A stretch of 60,450 bases of DNA, the filler included, from Hausera hauseri (taxonomy: Eukaryota): the NCBI GenBank assembly GCA_046269625.1. It is 11 parts of 11 records of this genome, joined end to end, with 100 filler letters (N's around TTAATTAATTAA, not from the genome) between each part and the next. Parts side by side here need not be neighbours in the genome. Positions count along the whole stretch, not along the records: positions 28,504 to 36,722 come from JBJURY010723213.1; positions 36,823 to 41,152 come from JBJURY010632663.1; positions 41,253 to 48,900 come from JBJURY010003235.1; 8 more parts are not named here. One strand, 5' to 3'. The translations under genes and the position numbers were made by a program. Below are positions 35,163 to 48,180 of this stretch, piece by piece. A model generated the notes under the pieces. It was not told the origin of the DNA. It worked only from the letters and a program-made list of their open reading frames with translations, and made no database searches. How positions within the stretch are numbered: position 1 is the stretch's first letter; each line of letters opens with the position of its first letter.

Positions 35163-36150
35163 ATGAGTATTTACATGGTGTTGCCGAACAACAGGTGTCC
35201 GACCACTCGTTCGAACAATTCAGCCAGTGAATACGTTGCAGATCGGATCAATCCTTTGGATTTATCTGGAAAATGGGAGGTTGCCCTGACGGAATTAACT
35301 TTCCTTACGTACCAGTGACATTGAAAGGTAGTATGAAAATAACGTACAACAAGACTGTTACTGAAACCAAAACATTCTTGTCCTCTGACACTTATTTACA
35401 ATAAAATAACAGTTGGAGAATCGGGCATTTGCACGACGGAAACAAATTACGGTTCACACGGCAAAATCGTTTTCTTATTTTAGAACAAATCTTACATTTT
35501 ATGGCAGATTTTGAATTTACCGTTACCTTTGAATCCTATGAGATGGCACTGAAATTTGTATTCAAAAATACAGAGTACAAAGGTAAACATTAAAAGTGAA
35601 TATATAGTTGGTCAAAGATTAATTACCAGACAACGGTGAAATTTACCTACACAGCCCAAAGGTGTCAACATCATATGTATCGATTGGAGACAATGTCTAT
35701 TGCGAATCTGTAACACATCTCTGTCAACACGTTTTTTCAAATGAAAAGTAGAGTCAAACTTGAACTGGCTAAGGATATTGTCGATATATCATTGGACAAA
35801 GCTTTAGCCATGGTATTGGGTTTGAAAAACCGCGGTTTGAGGCATCGACGGCGGCTGCGGTGGCGGCACATGTTACAACCCTTAAACCCAAACTGAAAAC
35901 TAGTCTAAGTCAAATATACATTTACGTGAACGTCACCGAACCTATTTTGGTGGGTGGAGTACGTGTACCGCTACTCCGTGCAATTTATCCGGAAAGCAGC
36001 AAGTATACTGCTAACGACAATGTCACTGTCAAGCTCGATAATCCAATGTACCTACCTGTGACAAATACATCTATAAACAATGTTGAAGTGAATATCCGAT
36101 GTGACGCGAGCTTCCTTATTGAATTTCCGTACAGTAACACAACCTAGTTC
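35163..36150 (+). pseudogene. Maverick minor capsid (penton-like) paralog 2
   Basis: YMVLPNN....NNSASEY....PLDLSGKWEVALTELTF ... IYIYVNVTEPILVG..VPLLR....PMYLPV....INNVEVNIR. Confidence 0.8.
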
Positions 36151-36184
36151 TTCATTTCCGTCGAATCCAACAACAACAACAACA

Positions 36185-36543
36185 CTATTGATTCTCAAGT
36201 TGTATCCATTTACAGTACACTTCATCAGGGCGGTGAACCGCCGTATTTCGTCGGCAAACAGTACGGTTCTGAATGGTTGTGTACATTGGCACGTTTAGCA
36301 TTTCCGGTGTTGAAGCGTATTGGAGCCGTGGCATCAAAAACGGCACAGAATGTGTTGTATGAAAACAAGCCGATTCTACCATCGTTGAAGGAACACGCCT
36401 TGTCAGGAATAAAAAGCGCTACACCGGGAGTCGTTCAATCATTCAAAAAACAAGTTGCTGGCAGTGGCTTGAGAAAACGCCGTAGAGCATCATCGAGCTC
36501 ATCAACTATAAACAAACGTCGTCGTTGTACGATTTTCAATTGA
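36185..36543 (+). pseudogene. Maverick basic core protein (pX/pVII-like)
   Basis: QYGS....TLARLAFPVLKRIG ... GSGLRKRRR, located directly before the MCP. Confidence 0.6.
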
Positions 36544-36550
36544 CAGACAA

Positions 36551-36722
36551 ATGGCATCTGCAAAATCTGAATTGTGTATATTTGACAAAGGCTCACCACA
36601 AGTTGTTATTGACAATGCGGCATTTGAAGAAATCTACCTCGTTAGTTCGGTTTCAACGGACGATAACATTGACATTCAATTCAACATTATGGCATCGGAC
36701 AATGAATACCTGGATTTGAACG
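36551..36722 (+). CDS. Maverick major capsid protein N-terminus (truncated by scaffold end)
   Basis: AKSELCIF....PQVVI.....EIY..SS......IQFNI....EYLDLN matches the Polinton MCP start (KSELDLF..P.TQ). Confidence 0.85.
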
Positions 36723-37332
36723 NNNNNNNNNNNNNNNNNNNNNNNNNNNNNNNNNNNNNNNNNNNNTTAATTAATTAANNNNNNNNNNNNNNNNNNNNNN
36801 NNNNNNNNNNNNNNNNNNNNNNTTTTCATGGTTGAAGGTAAAAATTAGCATGCCATGTCTAAGTGTCCTATAAAATGACATCCCTGAGGATGGAAGATTT
36901 CAGAAAGAGATAAATGGTCAAATTGATACATACTGTGCAGAATGGAATTCATTCTGATGAATGTATTGTTATTTCTAACAATAAATATAATTGACTACTG
37001 ATGTAATTGTCAGTAGTATATACTGAATTCGGGTATTTATTGATCAATCCTTATCAGACACGAAATATTTACCGCATCACTTTTTAATAGTATGTATGAA
37101 CAAATGATCGTAATTGAACCAATGATGAAATACAATACCATATTAGTTGTTCCACGAACAGCTAAGGTGAGGTCGTTAATTCAAAACCATTATCCCGAAG
37201 CACGGGAAATAGTTCTCTTTAATCGAAACGGAATAATCGAAACAGAAGAATTCGTATCTAATCGATATTTCTACGGGATTTTCTGGAAGTCTGGTGTAGT
37301 TCCATTGATATGGTATTTATCTGTGTTTGTAG

Positions 37333-38227
37333 TTTGGAGAATGTTGCCATTCGAAAAAATGTTGGCTGTGGTAGTTTTGGATCGATCGTTCAGGCTAATA
37401 TTAACGGTCGACTAAATTCATTTGCACTAAAAGGAATTCCTCGTGAGGCTGGAAAACTGAAAGTCGATTTCGTATCCGAAATTATAGTTCTAGCCATAAT
37501 CGGATCCCATCCATACATTGTTCCATATACCCGTCTCTATGACAACGGGTCATTTGTCTATATAAGCATGCCGTTAATGAAGGTATTGTAATGAGTATTT
37601 GTCAATGGGAATTATGTTCCATAGGCGAGTCTTTGGTCGTTCATGGACTTGCGGGGAAAACAATCGAAAACAAGGGGTAAGAGAAAATGTTGTAGGGCAC
37701 TAGGAGAAAATGAAATCTACATTTATTCTGAACAAATGTTGTCGGGTCTGTATTTCCTGCATAAACATAAAATCGTTCATATGGATTTGACCAGTAAAAA
37801 TGTTTTAATGGAATCGGAATACAAAGTCAAACTTGCGGATTTCGGACTGTCAAAATATCTGTCTCAACCTTCCATTTTGCATCCTGGTCGAAATCGATAC
37901 ATGGCACCGGAGGTTTTGAACGACAAGCCGGCTGAATTTAAGTCCGATATTTGGTCATACGGTGCGGTGATTGTAGAAATGTTGACCGGTATAATTTTAT
38001 TGTGATAGATATATTTAACCTGGTCAGGGAAGTTGCCTCATCCTACTCTTAACTCAGCAGCAGTCATAAAACATGTTATAGATAACAAATGCCTGAAATA
38101 TGAGCCACCATACTACGTGTCCGATGAATTACGATCAATGATTGATTGGTGCTTACAGTCTAACCCGATTGATCGACCTTCATGTATTGATCTGATGACT
38201 CATCGATTTTTCTGCAGAGATTATTAA
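37333..38227 (+). CDS. Ser/Thr protein kinase domain (STE/MAP3K-like), spliced; 5' exons unresolved
   Basis: GCGSFG, FALK, HMDLTSKN, DFG, YMAPE, SDIWSYG, DRPS. GT-AG introns 37583-37624 (42 nt) and 37989-38027 (39 nt) splice in frame. AATAAA downstream. Confidence 0.9.
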
Positions 38228-39452
38228 CTTAGTTGGTATTGCTCATGATTTTCAATAAATTATTAGTTGGTTTTGGATTATCCGAATGATCATGTGGGTT
38301 GTATGGAGGGATCTACTATCTAGACCGGATCAAGATCACTTTATGCTGTCTTGTCTCATATTCTGGTCGTTTTTCGTACAATGCTCGGCTCAAACATTTG
38401 TTGTTGGTACAGATCCCTGGTGACTGTTTGACCAGGTTTAAGTATCTCATAATATATCACACCCTTCTAGTCCCACCAAATACAGAACGTGGCCTTCTTC
38501 CCATAAATATTTCGTTTTGGCGTCAATGTTAATGGTTGACCTGGGTCGCAAATGGTTTCTCGGCGTTTGGGGTTCTTTGTCTGTCACAATTCGATGCAAA
38601 AGCCCCCTTTCTTTTTCGGAGACGGTTTTTCGCCTTTGGGTGTCTTTTTTTCAGCTCATATGGCACCCATCTTGCTTTCCTTGTATACATTTCCCATATT
38701 TTACGGGAATTGCACCTCACAATAGCATTTGTGCGTTTGATATCATCGCAAGGAGGGACAAAAACGTCTAATTTGCATGCGTCGAATTGGTTTTAAGAGA
38801 GGGTGGATTTATTCGAATGATGATGTGACTGAAAAATTGAATAAAAGATCTCGTTCACATGGGTTGGGTCGGGGTTTGCCTGGGATAGGAAGAATGAACG
38901 AGGGGACAACATGATAATAGTCGATAAACAGTATCGTCGTAAGAAGTCATGGGAAGGACTGTTTAGTAAACTTCACGAAAGTCAGTTGAACCCCACGATT
39001 TTACGATCAGCGATCCGAATGCCATTAGACAAAGGAGGTTGCGGGGAAGCCCCTATAGACCGCGGAATGTCGGAAGTGGATAACCGTTCAGGTGAGAGTT
39101 ATCATACATTTCAAAAAAGATACAAAAGTACATTTGCATAATACTACAAAATTTCCTGCACAATTACTTTCCCAAGAATATACACGAAATATTTGCAACT
39201 CTTCGTAATATACACGCACACACAGTCTACCCATTAGTAATTGGTAGTTTCATTCCAACATTATCGGATATTGATTAACTCATGCAAAATGTGAGGGGTT
39301 CATGGAATGCGTCCATTTTGCCTCAGTTAGTAATTATAAATTGCCAAATGATGATATTGAGACAATATCGATCAATTATCTACATATATATATTTTCTAT
39401 TCCATTATATATCCAGTCCATATTTGAATCAACGATCAAACCCAATTACTAT

Positions 39453-40751
39453 ATGTACTCATCATATCGTAATGTACAGAATTGCCAGAACAACAGTTCA
39501 GTCCAGTTGCCTCAATCCACAATCCCAACACCAAATTTCACAAACAACGACATTAAACAACTGGATGATGACGTATCAAACATGGAATCACTTTCTCTGG
39601 AACTTCAGAGAATCCCACGAAACAAGATCAAAGCATTTAAAGTCTTCCGAAATTCAACATTCAAACTTGTTCGTCGGGATCATCTAAATTCAGAGGTATT
39701 ATGCCTGTCCAATTATTGTCTGGAATTAACTCGACCGTACTCCTCAAAGGGAGTCATTAAGTACAACAATTTATTACTCAACCAAACGAGTAAGGCTCTT
39801 ATACTCCAAAAAATTGCGCAATTAACAACCAACAGTGCGCGATGTTCAAAATCATTTGTTCGGTTGATCCCCCATCCGATCTTTGATGAGGAAGTTTTTA
39901 AATCAGAACTAAAAGACATTTCAAAAGATGTTTATCAGATTAAATGTATAGAGAACTGGAGTAATTTACCATTTCTACCACACATAACTAATTTTACCAG
40001 TTTACAGGATTTTGATGAGTATGAAATATTCTTAGAAAACAACTTGAGACAATTGAGGAGGATGAAGAGATTATCAAATGCCATCCAGATTTTACACGAG
40101 AACTCTCGGAACTTACCACAGATTAAGAACAACAACAACAATATTGATATCGATGAGCCCGACTCGGATGAGTCCGATGAAGATCTAATCCCGGTGATCA
40201 AGGAAATCGAAATCGATCCTGATATTCCAGAGAAATTCGTTCACACCGTCATCCGACAGGCCCAAAATGAAATCACCGCAAGTCCCTGCAATGATTATTC
40301 ATCCACCAATCAAGATATAACGTTCATCACCGAGCTAACATCAAATCGAGACAGTGATCGTGTGGATCTATCAAAGACTGTCAATCTTAAGACTAGTTTC
40401 TCTGAATCCAAACCGATTGTCCTGAACGTTTATGAAGTCCTTATTGAAGAGAAGGAAAGCACATCAACTGAAAGCACGAAAAAGCCAATCAGTTGTCAAG
40501 AAGGACCAAATGATTACATTCCACTCTATTTCAAAGCCAGCTGTGGTACGAAACTGAAGTTTAAAGTCCGATACTACAGCCGACTTTACCAGGCAATCAA
40601 AGCGTTCTGTGAAAGAATGGGCATACAGATTATATCGGAATTTCAATTTACGGCACCATCAGGGGAGACTGTGACAAATGGCGATACGCCCCAGAGTCTA
40701 CAGTTGAAACCCTACGACATTATCACCGTGTCCAATATCCTCCAAGGTTAA
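39453..40751 (+). CDS. Protein with C-terminal SUMO-like domain (Rad60/Esc2/NIP45-like)
   Basis: Long open frame with an acidic stretch. C-terminus KFKVR..SRL.....AFCERMG.....F....G..V...DTPQSLQL...DIITV resembles SUMO/SLD2. No di-Gly. Start codon uncertain. Confidence 0.7.
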   Translation: MYSSYRNVQNCQNNSSVQLPQSTIPTPNFTNNDIKQLDDDVSNMESLSLELQRIPRNKIKAFKVFRNSTFKLVRRDHLNSEVLCLSNYCLELTRPYSSKGVIKYNNLLLNQTSKALILQKIAQLTTNSARCSKSFVRLIPHPIFDEEVFKSELKDISKDVYQIKCIENWSNLPFLPHITNFTSLQDFDEYEIFLENNLRQLRRMKRLSNAIQILHENSRNLPQIKNNNNNIDIDEPDSDESDEDLIPVIKEIEIDPDIPEKFVHTVIRQAQNEITASPCNDYSSTNQDITFITELTSNRDSDRVDLSKTVNLKTSFSESKPIVLNVYEVLIEEKESTSTESTKKPISCQEGPNDYIPLYFKASCGTKLKFKVRYYSRLYQAIKAFCERMGIQIISEFQFTAPSGETVTNGDTPQSLQLKPYDIITVSNILQG

Positions 40752-42559
40752 TTGAGGAAATATGGAACTTTTTCTACGTACATGAATTTTTATTTAATTT
40801 CCCAATTGAACATTTGATATAAATGCGTTCAAGAAAAATTTGTGAAAATTTCCACGAGACGTTGGGGAAACCCATTGCGCTTTGATGTGGAAGCGTCTTG
40901 ATTTGTACATCTTCTGTTGAAGTATTCTTTAACATATTTATATTTTGTTGATATATTCGTCTTTGATGTTTTTTCAACAGCACCAAAACTGGGACATATA
41001 CATATAAAACTCGTTGGATTTTTTGTGTGGAGACAAATGTGTTCAATTGAGGGAAATTTCGGCACCGAAATGGTGTAGAAATGTGCCATACTACTAAAGG
41101 GTTTTTAGTAGTTTTTCAAACAACAAAAAAATAAAGAATTACTTTTAAACAGNNNNNNNNNNNNNNNNNNNNNNNNNNNNNNNNNNNNNNNNNNNNTTAA
41201 TTAATTAANNNNNNNNNNNNNNNNNNNNNNNNNNNNNNNNNNNNNNNNNNNNTCATAATATGCATTTGATGGAATTTTTATATACCGCACAAAAAAGTTT
41301 GAGTGTGTGTCAGTTTATTGTACCTCAAATCCAATCTGAAAAAATCACCAAATTCCCCCCAAAATTATCGTCCAACAAAAAAATCCTAAGGAGCAAATAA
41401 ATTCACAATTAATTATATTTGGAGATAACTATCGAAAAAAAGCCATTTACGTCTTACAAATATTTTTTCCCTCGAAAACTTGCTAAATTTCCCATCGAGA
41501 ATGTATATCGCATGGAATATTCCAGTGAAGAAAAACTGAGCACAAATTTCAATCCAATTGACTAGTCAAGTAAAAAATCTAATGTAGCCGAATCACTAAG
41601 AATTCAATGGCCCTTTGAGAGAAAGTGGAAATTGTGTATGAGAGAAAAATCTATGGAATTTATCTGATGACATTAGGGGTTTTGAATTTTTTCATTTTTT
41701 TGGATAACGATTTTTCTACTGAATTAGTCTGCTTCAATTTTTTGCTTGATATCGCTTCGGAGTAGTTGTGAATTAAGGGAGAGTACGGATTGAAGGAGTT
41801 CTGGTAAATCATCCTGGTAATTTTTTTTCTTTGCAGCAGCAATTAGTACGTGTTTTTAGTGGACAAATTAATTAGTTGTACTCTGCAATATTTAATAGGA
41901 CCTATCGTTCTCGTTGCGGCATCTTCGTTTCTCGACTCTGCTGTAATATTAATGTTGTGCTATGTTACGTAGGTATAATGTCACTATTATGAGGTTTATA
42001 CTAACTCATACAAATTTCGGAGAGTTCATTTTGTTGATATGAAACACAGCAAGGGCGTTGGAGCTGATCTTTATATGTATTTAAGACCAGGTACCCATCT
42101 AAATGACAAAAAGTATGTTATCGTGAAGGAACCATGCAAATAGTTGGCTAACCCTACTCAATCAAAACTGTATTCAAAATGTATTACCATGATAATGGAG
42201 GTAAAGTTCATTCGAAACAACTTAAAAGTAATTTAACAGCCAAACTTGCATTGTATATATACAGTGGGGAAAATGTGCTGACTAATCAGTTAACCCCCCG
42301 TACAACCACCCGTTTATTCATCAATCACGAAAACCTTTACCACATCAGACATTAGATATTACATTTTACTGATTCTACGAAGAGAGTAAATTTCCAAAAC
42401 ATTCGATTTACTTTAATTCTTGCAAAAGGAAGAAAAGACTTGAATAAATAAAATGTTTGGATACGAAATTGACTTTTGGATTAGTAATGGAGTATCTTTG
42501 GAACAAATATACCTTGTGGAGATGCCAGGAAAAATCCAATATAACGAACAATTTATTCT

Positions 42560-43500
42560 AACACGTCTTCATTTTGTTACACAATGAACCAGTGATGGAA
42601 TGTCATTAACATAGAAAACAGGTTGGCCTTGTTTGATAAGCAGAGCTATTGTAGCAATTGAACAATGGGGCTTGATTCTGGAATAATTTTCGGACCAATA
42701 AGCATTCATTGCATGATTTCTGAGATCGGTTTTGATTGGAGTCTTGAAAGTTTCATTTGAAAGGCCAAAAGAACCCTAACGGAAGAGCAACAGCAAAACC
42801 TACAACCAGCGCCAGCTTTAGCACAGTCCTGATGTCGTCGTTTTTGTCTTGACTGCACCCATGACCGCGGCACTACATCATCCTCACGTAGCAAAGTTAA
42901 GACTATAAAGAAGAAAATAAAGATAGAAAATTGTAAGAAAGGAAAAAAGTGTTGTACCTATTCGGTTTTGGTATGTATCAGACGGAGTATTTCATCTATG
43001 AATTTCTGTCACTTTGCGTGGCCTATTAGATGTTGTTGGTGCTTGCTGAATTGTTTGAGGGAGAAATGTTGTAGACTTTGTAATATTTTGGGAGAATGCA
43101 TGCTGAGGAGGGGAAAGTGGAGTAGAAGCTGAAAATAAAAGAAATTAAACGCCGAATTAGAAACTAGTGATGGGCGCGAAGCAAGCGATGAAGGAACAGT
43201 AGACGATGAAGGAAGTGAAGAGAAATGATCATGAATTAAGAGTAATTGCTGTGACAGAGCAAAATCATTGAGGAAATTAGATGATGAAATTAGATGACAG
43301 GAGAGAAGGTAGAGTTAGAATTAGAAACAGAGTTAGAATCCTGATTGTCGTCAACGAAGAATGCTGGCATAAGATTGGAAATGTGGGCATCTGGAGGTTT
43401 GCCCTTACGTAAAATGATAGCGGTGTGCGAAGAAAGACTGAGTACAGGTTGATTCGGAAAAAGTTGCTTTTTTGGATTAATTTATTCAGGGTTGATTTCA
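42560..43500 (-). mobile_element. Possible decayed LINE remnant
   Basis: Weak RT-like (FYVNDI) and endonuclease-like pieces. Heavily degenerate. Confidence 0.3.
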
Positions 43501-43689
43501 CTCTTCATTTTATTTAATGGACAACAATACATAGGTATTTTTGGTTGATTCGAATAAAATTGCGTTTTTTAGCTAAAATTTAATGATTAATTCCTTCCTT
43601 AACTACAACAAATATTTATAGTTAAATGAGTAAGAGCTATATTTACAAAAACGACTAAGTGTTGAATAAATGTTTGTCCAACTGTTAAA

Positions 43690-44290
43690 TGTAATTTCCA
43701 TCTTATCAATGATGTTACGTAGATGGACTTACAGCAACTAATGGAGCATTATTTTGTCGCTTGACAACTGTTTATTTAAGATGTTTCTAAGATTTTGTGC
43801 CGAATCAAAGGGCATTCCACATTGTTTCATTTCTAATTTTGGAAACACCATACGATCTAGGATGTTTATATCAGGAGAATACCGGCTCTGCTTCACAGTG
43901 CGACAATACTTGCCTTCAAGAAACTTACGTATTGCACCTGACACATGTGGGGGAGCATTGTCGTGTCTTAATATACAATTTTCCCACGGTACATTTCTTC
44001 TTTGCACGACAACATCATAATTATTAAAAGCAGTGAGAACTTCGTCAAGAAAGTTTATATAACATTTGGAATTGACTCTTTCTCCATTTTCAAAGAATTT
44101 GAAATCAGACAATCACCTAAAATTGACCGCAACCAAGCAGTGAAACTTTATAATCAGCTTTTCTTCGTGACATTTCAGTCCTGTCACCATAAGGCGGGAC
44201 CCAAGCCTTCCTTGTGATGTGATTCCCGATCGGATAAGCATAAAAATCTTTCTAATCCGTAACTACCAGATACCGTGTAATATTTCTGTT
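43690..44290 (-). mobile_element. Tc1/mariner transposase C-terminal fragment
   Basis: GERVNSKCY, HDNAPPH, YSPDINILD motifs. Confidence 0.85.
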
Positions 44291-44295
44291 GTGTT

Positions 44296-46620
44296 TATGA
44301 GGAGAAATTTAAGCGAATAATAATGTTTAAATTCAATTCAAAGTTAAATCAATGAACAAACAATATAAAGTCAGGAAATTCAAAAAGGGATAAAAAGAAG
44401 AATCATTTAATGAGTGAAGGAGATAATTGTTATACAAAACTTTTATAATAAATTTCTTATGCAGAATTCAATCTTACAATCATCGAATGACGTTGAGGTC
44501 GGAATAGTAGAAACGCGATCTACTGACAATTTTAATACCACATATATCACCCTTAAAATAATGTACTTTGTCTATTAAAATGTTAACCATATGCAACAGC
44601 TCCCTACTGAGCCCGAATACTCTTGAATTTAATTCCCAGAATAATTTATCTCCAGTTAATTTTCCTCTCACTATTAATTTATTTAAGTTTACAATTAGCT
44701 TATTTCGGTGGGTACATATTATCATTCTTGTGGTGTATTGATCTTTAAATTGGTTCCCTAATACCTTCATTTTAACCCTTTCGAATATACACGCAATTCC
44801 CCCACAACACAGTCCACACCAGCATTCGGGGAATCGAATTCACGAACACACTCTTTAACATTCTTATTAAACTTAATCTTACTAAAATCAACGTCATACC
44901 TCTCATAGAAACAACGGAGACAATGCCAATATTTCACGTAAAACTTGTAAACCCAAAATTCTAATCGTTTCAATTCATAGGGTAAAAACTGACGATTGAT
45001 TAGAGTCTGATTAGCAGCACCACTGTTAATATTGTCCATGAAAATGAACTCTAAACAGGGAAATTCCCTTGTTTAATGAGATTTCGATAATGTTACAATA
45101 AGAGCAGATTTTATTACATTCTTCATTCTGATAATATAGTTTCGCAGATCGTAGCATAGAACGAGAAAATTTCGATGTAGATTTACTTTTACATGCAGTA
45201 TTGGTTGTATGTTAAATGGGACTTCAAAAATGTAATTTGACTTCGAAAACAACTCAGACCCGTGTGTAATAAAACAGTTTCGACATTTAATAATTGGTTT
45301 CATCATTCTATTCTTCCTTATAATCGTCAACTGCATTCGGTCTTTAGTATTATACATTATATCATACGAAACTGGTGGTGGAAAACAGGGTAGACAATTC
45401 GACTCCGTCCGAAGTCTTACAACTATTGTATTTAACGTTAAATCTTTGATTGGGTTCATTTTGTCCAATCTTGAATTTTTCCCAGTTACCATCACGTCTC
45501 CAACTTCAATTTCATCAAGCATGTCATAAACCAGAATTCTACTTTGCATTCTGCAGTGGTTTGATAATATTTCTTCTCGATCTAATTCCTCATCGTACGT
45601 CTTTTCATTTTATTCTTTATTCTCTAAACCTGACAAATACTAGTGAACAACAATTTCCTAGATTGAATTCCAAATCCACGATAATATTCAACGATAGTTT
45701 TTTGAATTTAAAATTTCAATCTTTATTTATTATCGAAATATTTTACATTTGTATCCCGTGGTTTACATTTAACATCTAATATGAATTAATAGATATTGAT
45801 ATGTAGTCTTAAATATTGCTTTTGATTACTTCATACGGATGACCCACTTGATATTTGGATGAGACGCAAGTTCTGATGATTTCATTAATTGTTTATTAAC
45901 CTCAGAAAAAACAATATTATTTTGATATATCTTTGCGTTGGTTTTGCTACAACTTCTAAGAGCTATTGTGGAAGTTGCCTTTGAGTTATTTAGCAAATAT
46001 TTGGTCTGAAGATATACTGATTGGTTGAATGTCTTGCGTTGATGTCTCTATTAGTGCTGTTTTCCATTTTCCCGAATTATTTTTTAATTTTTCGAGAATT
46101 AGTCCGGTTTCGTTTTAGTAGCGGAGTAATTCTTGCACTATTATTAGACTCAATAAGTCTCTGTAATTTATCAATAGCATTTTGACACTTGTCGGTTAAT
46201 TTACCAACATCAAACGATTGCCTAACGTCTGCTCGAAAATCTCTGGCAGTCGATCGGTTGGGCTTCTTTTCAATTTCGCAATTAATAATTTTATGCTTGG
46301 TATGCTTGAAACGATCCTTTTTAGGACTATCGAAACTTGAACACTTACTAAGACTTGTTCTCGATATTGTAAGAGCTGACCTATTTTTTCCGAAATCATT
46401 TTCATGTTTTCTTAATGAAAATTTTGTTGATCTTATGTTATATTTATTAGATAATAATTGCGGTTTTTCGTAATTTTGATGGGTTAGATTTTGAACTTTA
46501 GAGTTATTATTACTATTAAAACAATTTGATATATTTAAATTTTTCTCTCCAGATAAATCTTTGCAGCATCAATTTGACCGTCCGAATAAATAGTCTCAGC
46601 TAATTTATCATAGTTCCTAA
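44296..46620 (-). mobile_element. Unclassified insertion with terminal repeat and tandem small ORFs (44480-44770, 44767-45039, 45073-45549) plus a degenerate longer ORF
   Basis: Lies between the mariner and tubulin fragments. The terminus is repeated at 20195. ORFs are compact and co-oriented. Confidence 0.45.
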
Positions 46621-46624
46621 TTAA

Positions 46625-47410
46625 CGTTTGTAGTATTTCCAGAAATCATACATAAAGCAGTATTTCCTAAAGCTTGTGCGCACTGAGGAACTTGAATAGG
46701 CGGAGATGAATTAATGCCTATTTTGAATCCTGTGGGACACCATTCAACAAAATTTATATTTCTGGTCGTTTTGATTTTTGCAATTGCATCAAATATCGGT
46801 TTTGGTGAAACACATCCACGATACAACATACAACACGACATATACTTATTTCCCCGAAAGTCACATAACAAACATGATTATCGTTTTCAAAAGTTTCATT
46901 TGTAAGTTGACCGCATGTAGTTGGTTCATGAAATTGATCTTCAGCGGAAAGCATAGGTTCATATGCCATTATCGGAAAATGTATTCTGGGCCATGGCACT
47001 AAATTTATTAACAATTCAGTTGCACCAGCATGTTGTGAACCGAAAACTGATATAACTTTCAATTTCGTTAACGCTTTTTCTTTTTCTTTTTTTATATATA
47101 GATTCATTGTCAAAACTTATTGTACAATCTTCGTAATTCAGATTAATATGCGTGTGAAGAACTATATTATACGACTCCACTGTTATCTCAGACATTCTAG
47201 GTGATGGAAAAACTCCAAGGCCAAATTTATACTTTCTATCGTAAAGATCACTGATTCCTTCAACTAACAGTTTGCCGAACTCAGAACTTGTTCCTCCACT
47301 AAAGGAATTTAACAAACTAAAGGTATTTAAACCATCGCATTTTTCTAGTTCCTTTTAGATTCTATAAAGGATTTTTTTCGATGAATGGTCTGCTTTATGT
47401 ATAGCAAATC
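46625..47410 (-). pseudogene. TUBA: Alpha-tubulin pseudogene fragment
   Basis: SFSGGTSS, FPSPRMSEITVESYN, FDNESIY, NLVPWPRIHFP, KYMSCCMLYRG, FVEWCPTGFKIGIN. Frameshifts and deletions. Confidence 0.9.
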
Positions 47411-47506
47411 ATCCCTAACCCAAGTTTCTTCAACTATTTCAATTCCTTTAAAATTTCTCTAAGTTTTCCATTCAAATTTTCTACAAACTCCATCCTTTTA
47501 ATTCGT

Positions 47507-48073
47507 TGTTGCCACAAACGTGTCGTATTGTCCCCAGAGGTCCTCCTCGTACCGTACAAATGAACACTCTTGTTATATAGTTTTGTAATTGGACCTAGCA
47601 TTACTTTTGAATTGAACGCAGTTGTTCTAGCTTCACCTGGAGATAGTATAGCTTACATAGTCGTAGCAATAGACTGCCAATAACTTCATTATCTAGCTCA
47701 CAATAAAGCTATTACGGCGAAAATGATAATAATCTAATAGCGATTGCCTCTGCTCTCCGGTTCCCCGAATGCTGACAGGAATCATGTCACACTTACATAT
47801 TATTACATCACATTGTTCTTTTTTATATTTTCACCTATTTTACATATTCAAGCACGCAGATTTCTTGCGAACAGGCTCAATCCCATAAATTTAACATAAT
47901 AAACCTAAAATATTTGTAAAATCTCTATATATAACGTCAACATTAGCTCACTCCATTCTATACATATACACACACATGCCCACACACATACCTTTATATA
48001 TACTTTATATACATCTTTCTTATATATACCTCATGTCTTCCGGATTACCCAACTAGTCAGTCAGGTTCCAACA
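47507..48073 (-). repeat. 3' LTR (567 bp) preceded by a polypurine tract at 48086-48074
   Basis: Minus strand AAGGAGGGGGAAA then TGTTGG...GGCAACA (TGTTG/CAACA ends). Confidence 0.75.
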
Positions 48074-48180
48074 TTTCCCCCTCCTTGGGGTAATCCGGTC
48101 TTTAAATACACCACCATCTACCCAATCTTCTGCATGCTGCAAAAATATTTGGGTTTTCTTCAATCTACCAATGATTTCTG

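Larger units (their letters stand above)
28504..36722 (+). mobile_element. Degenerate Maverick/Polinton element
   Basis: Compact co-oriented pPolB, ATPase, integrase, minor capsid and major capsid genes. Confidence 0.92.
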
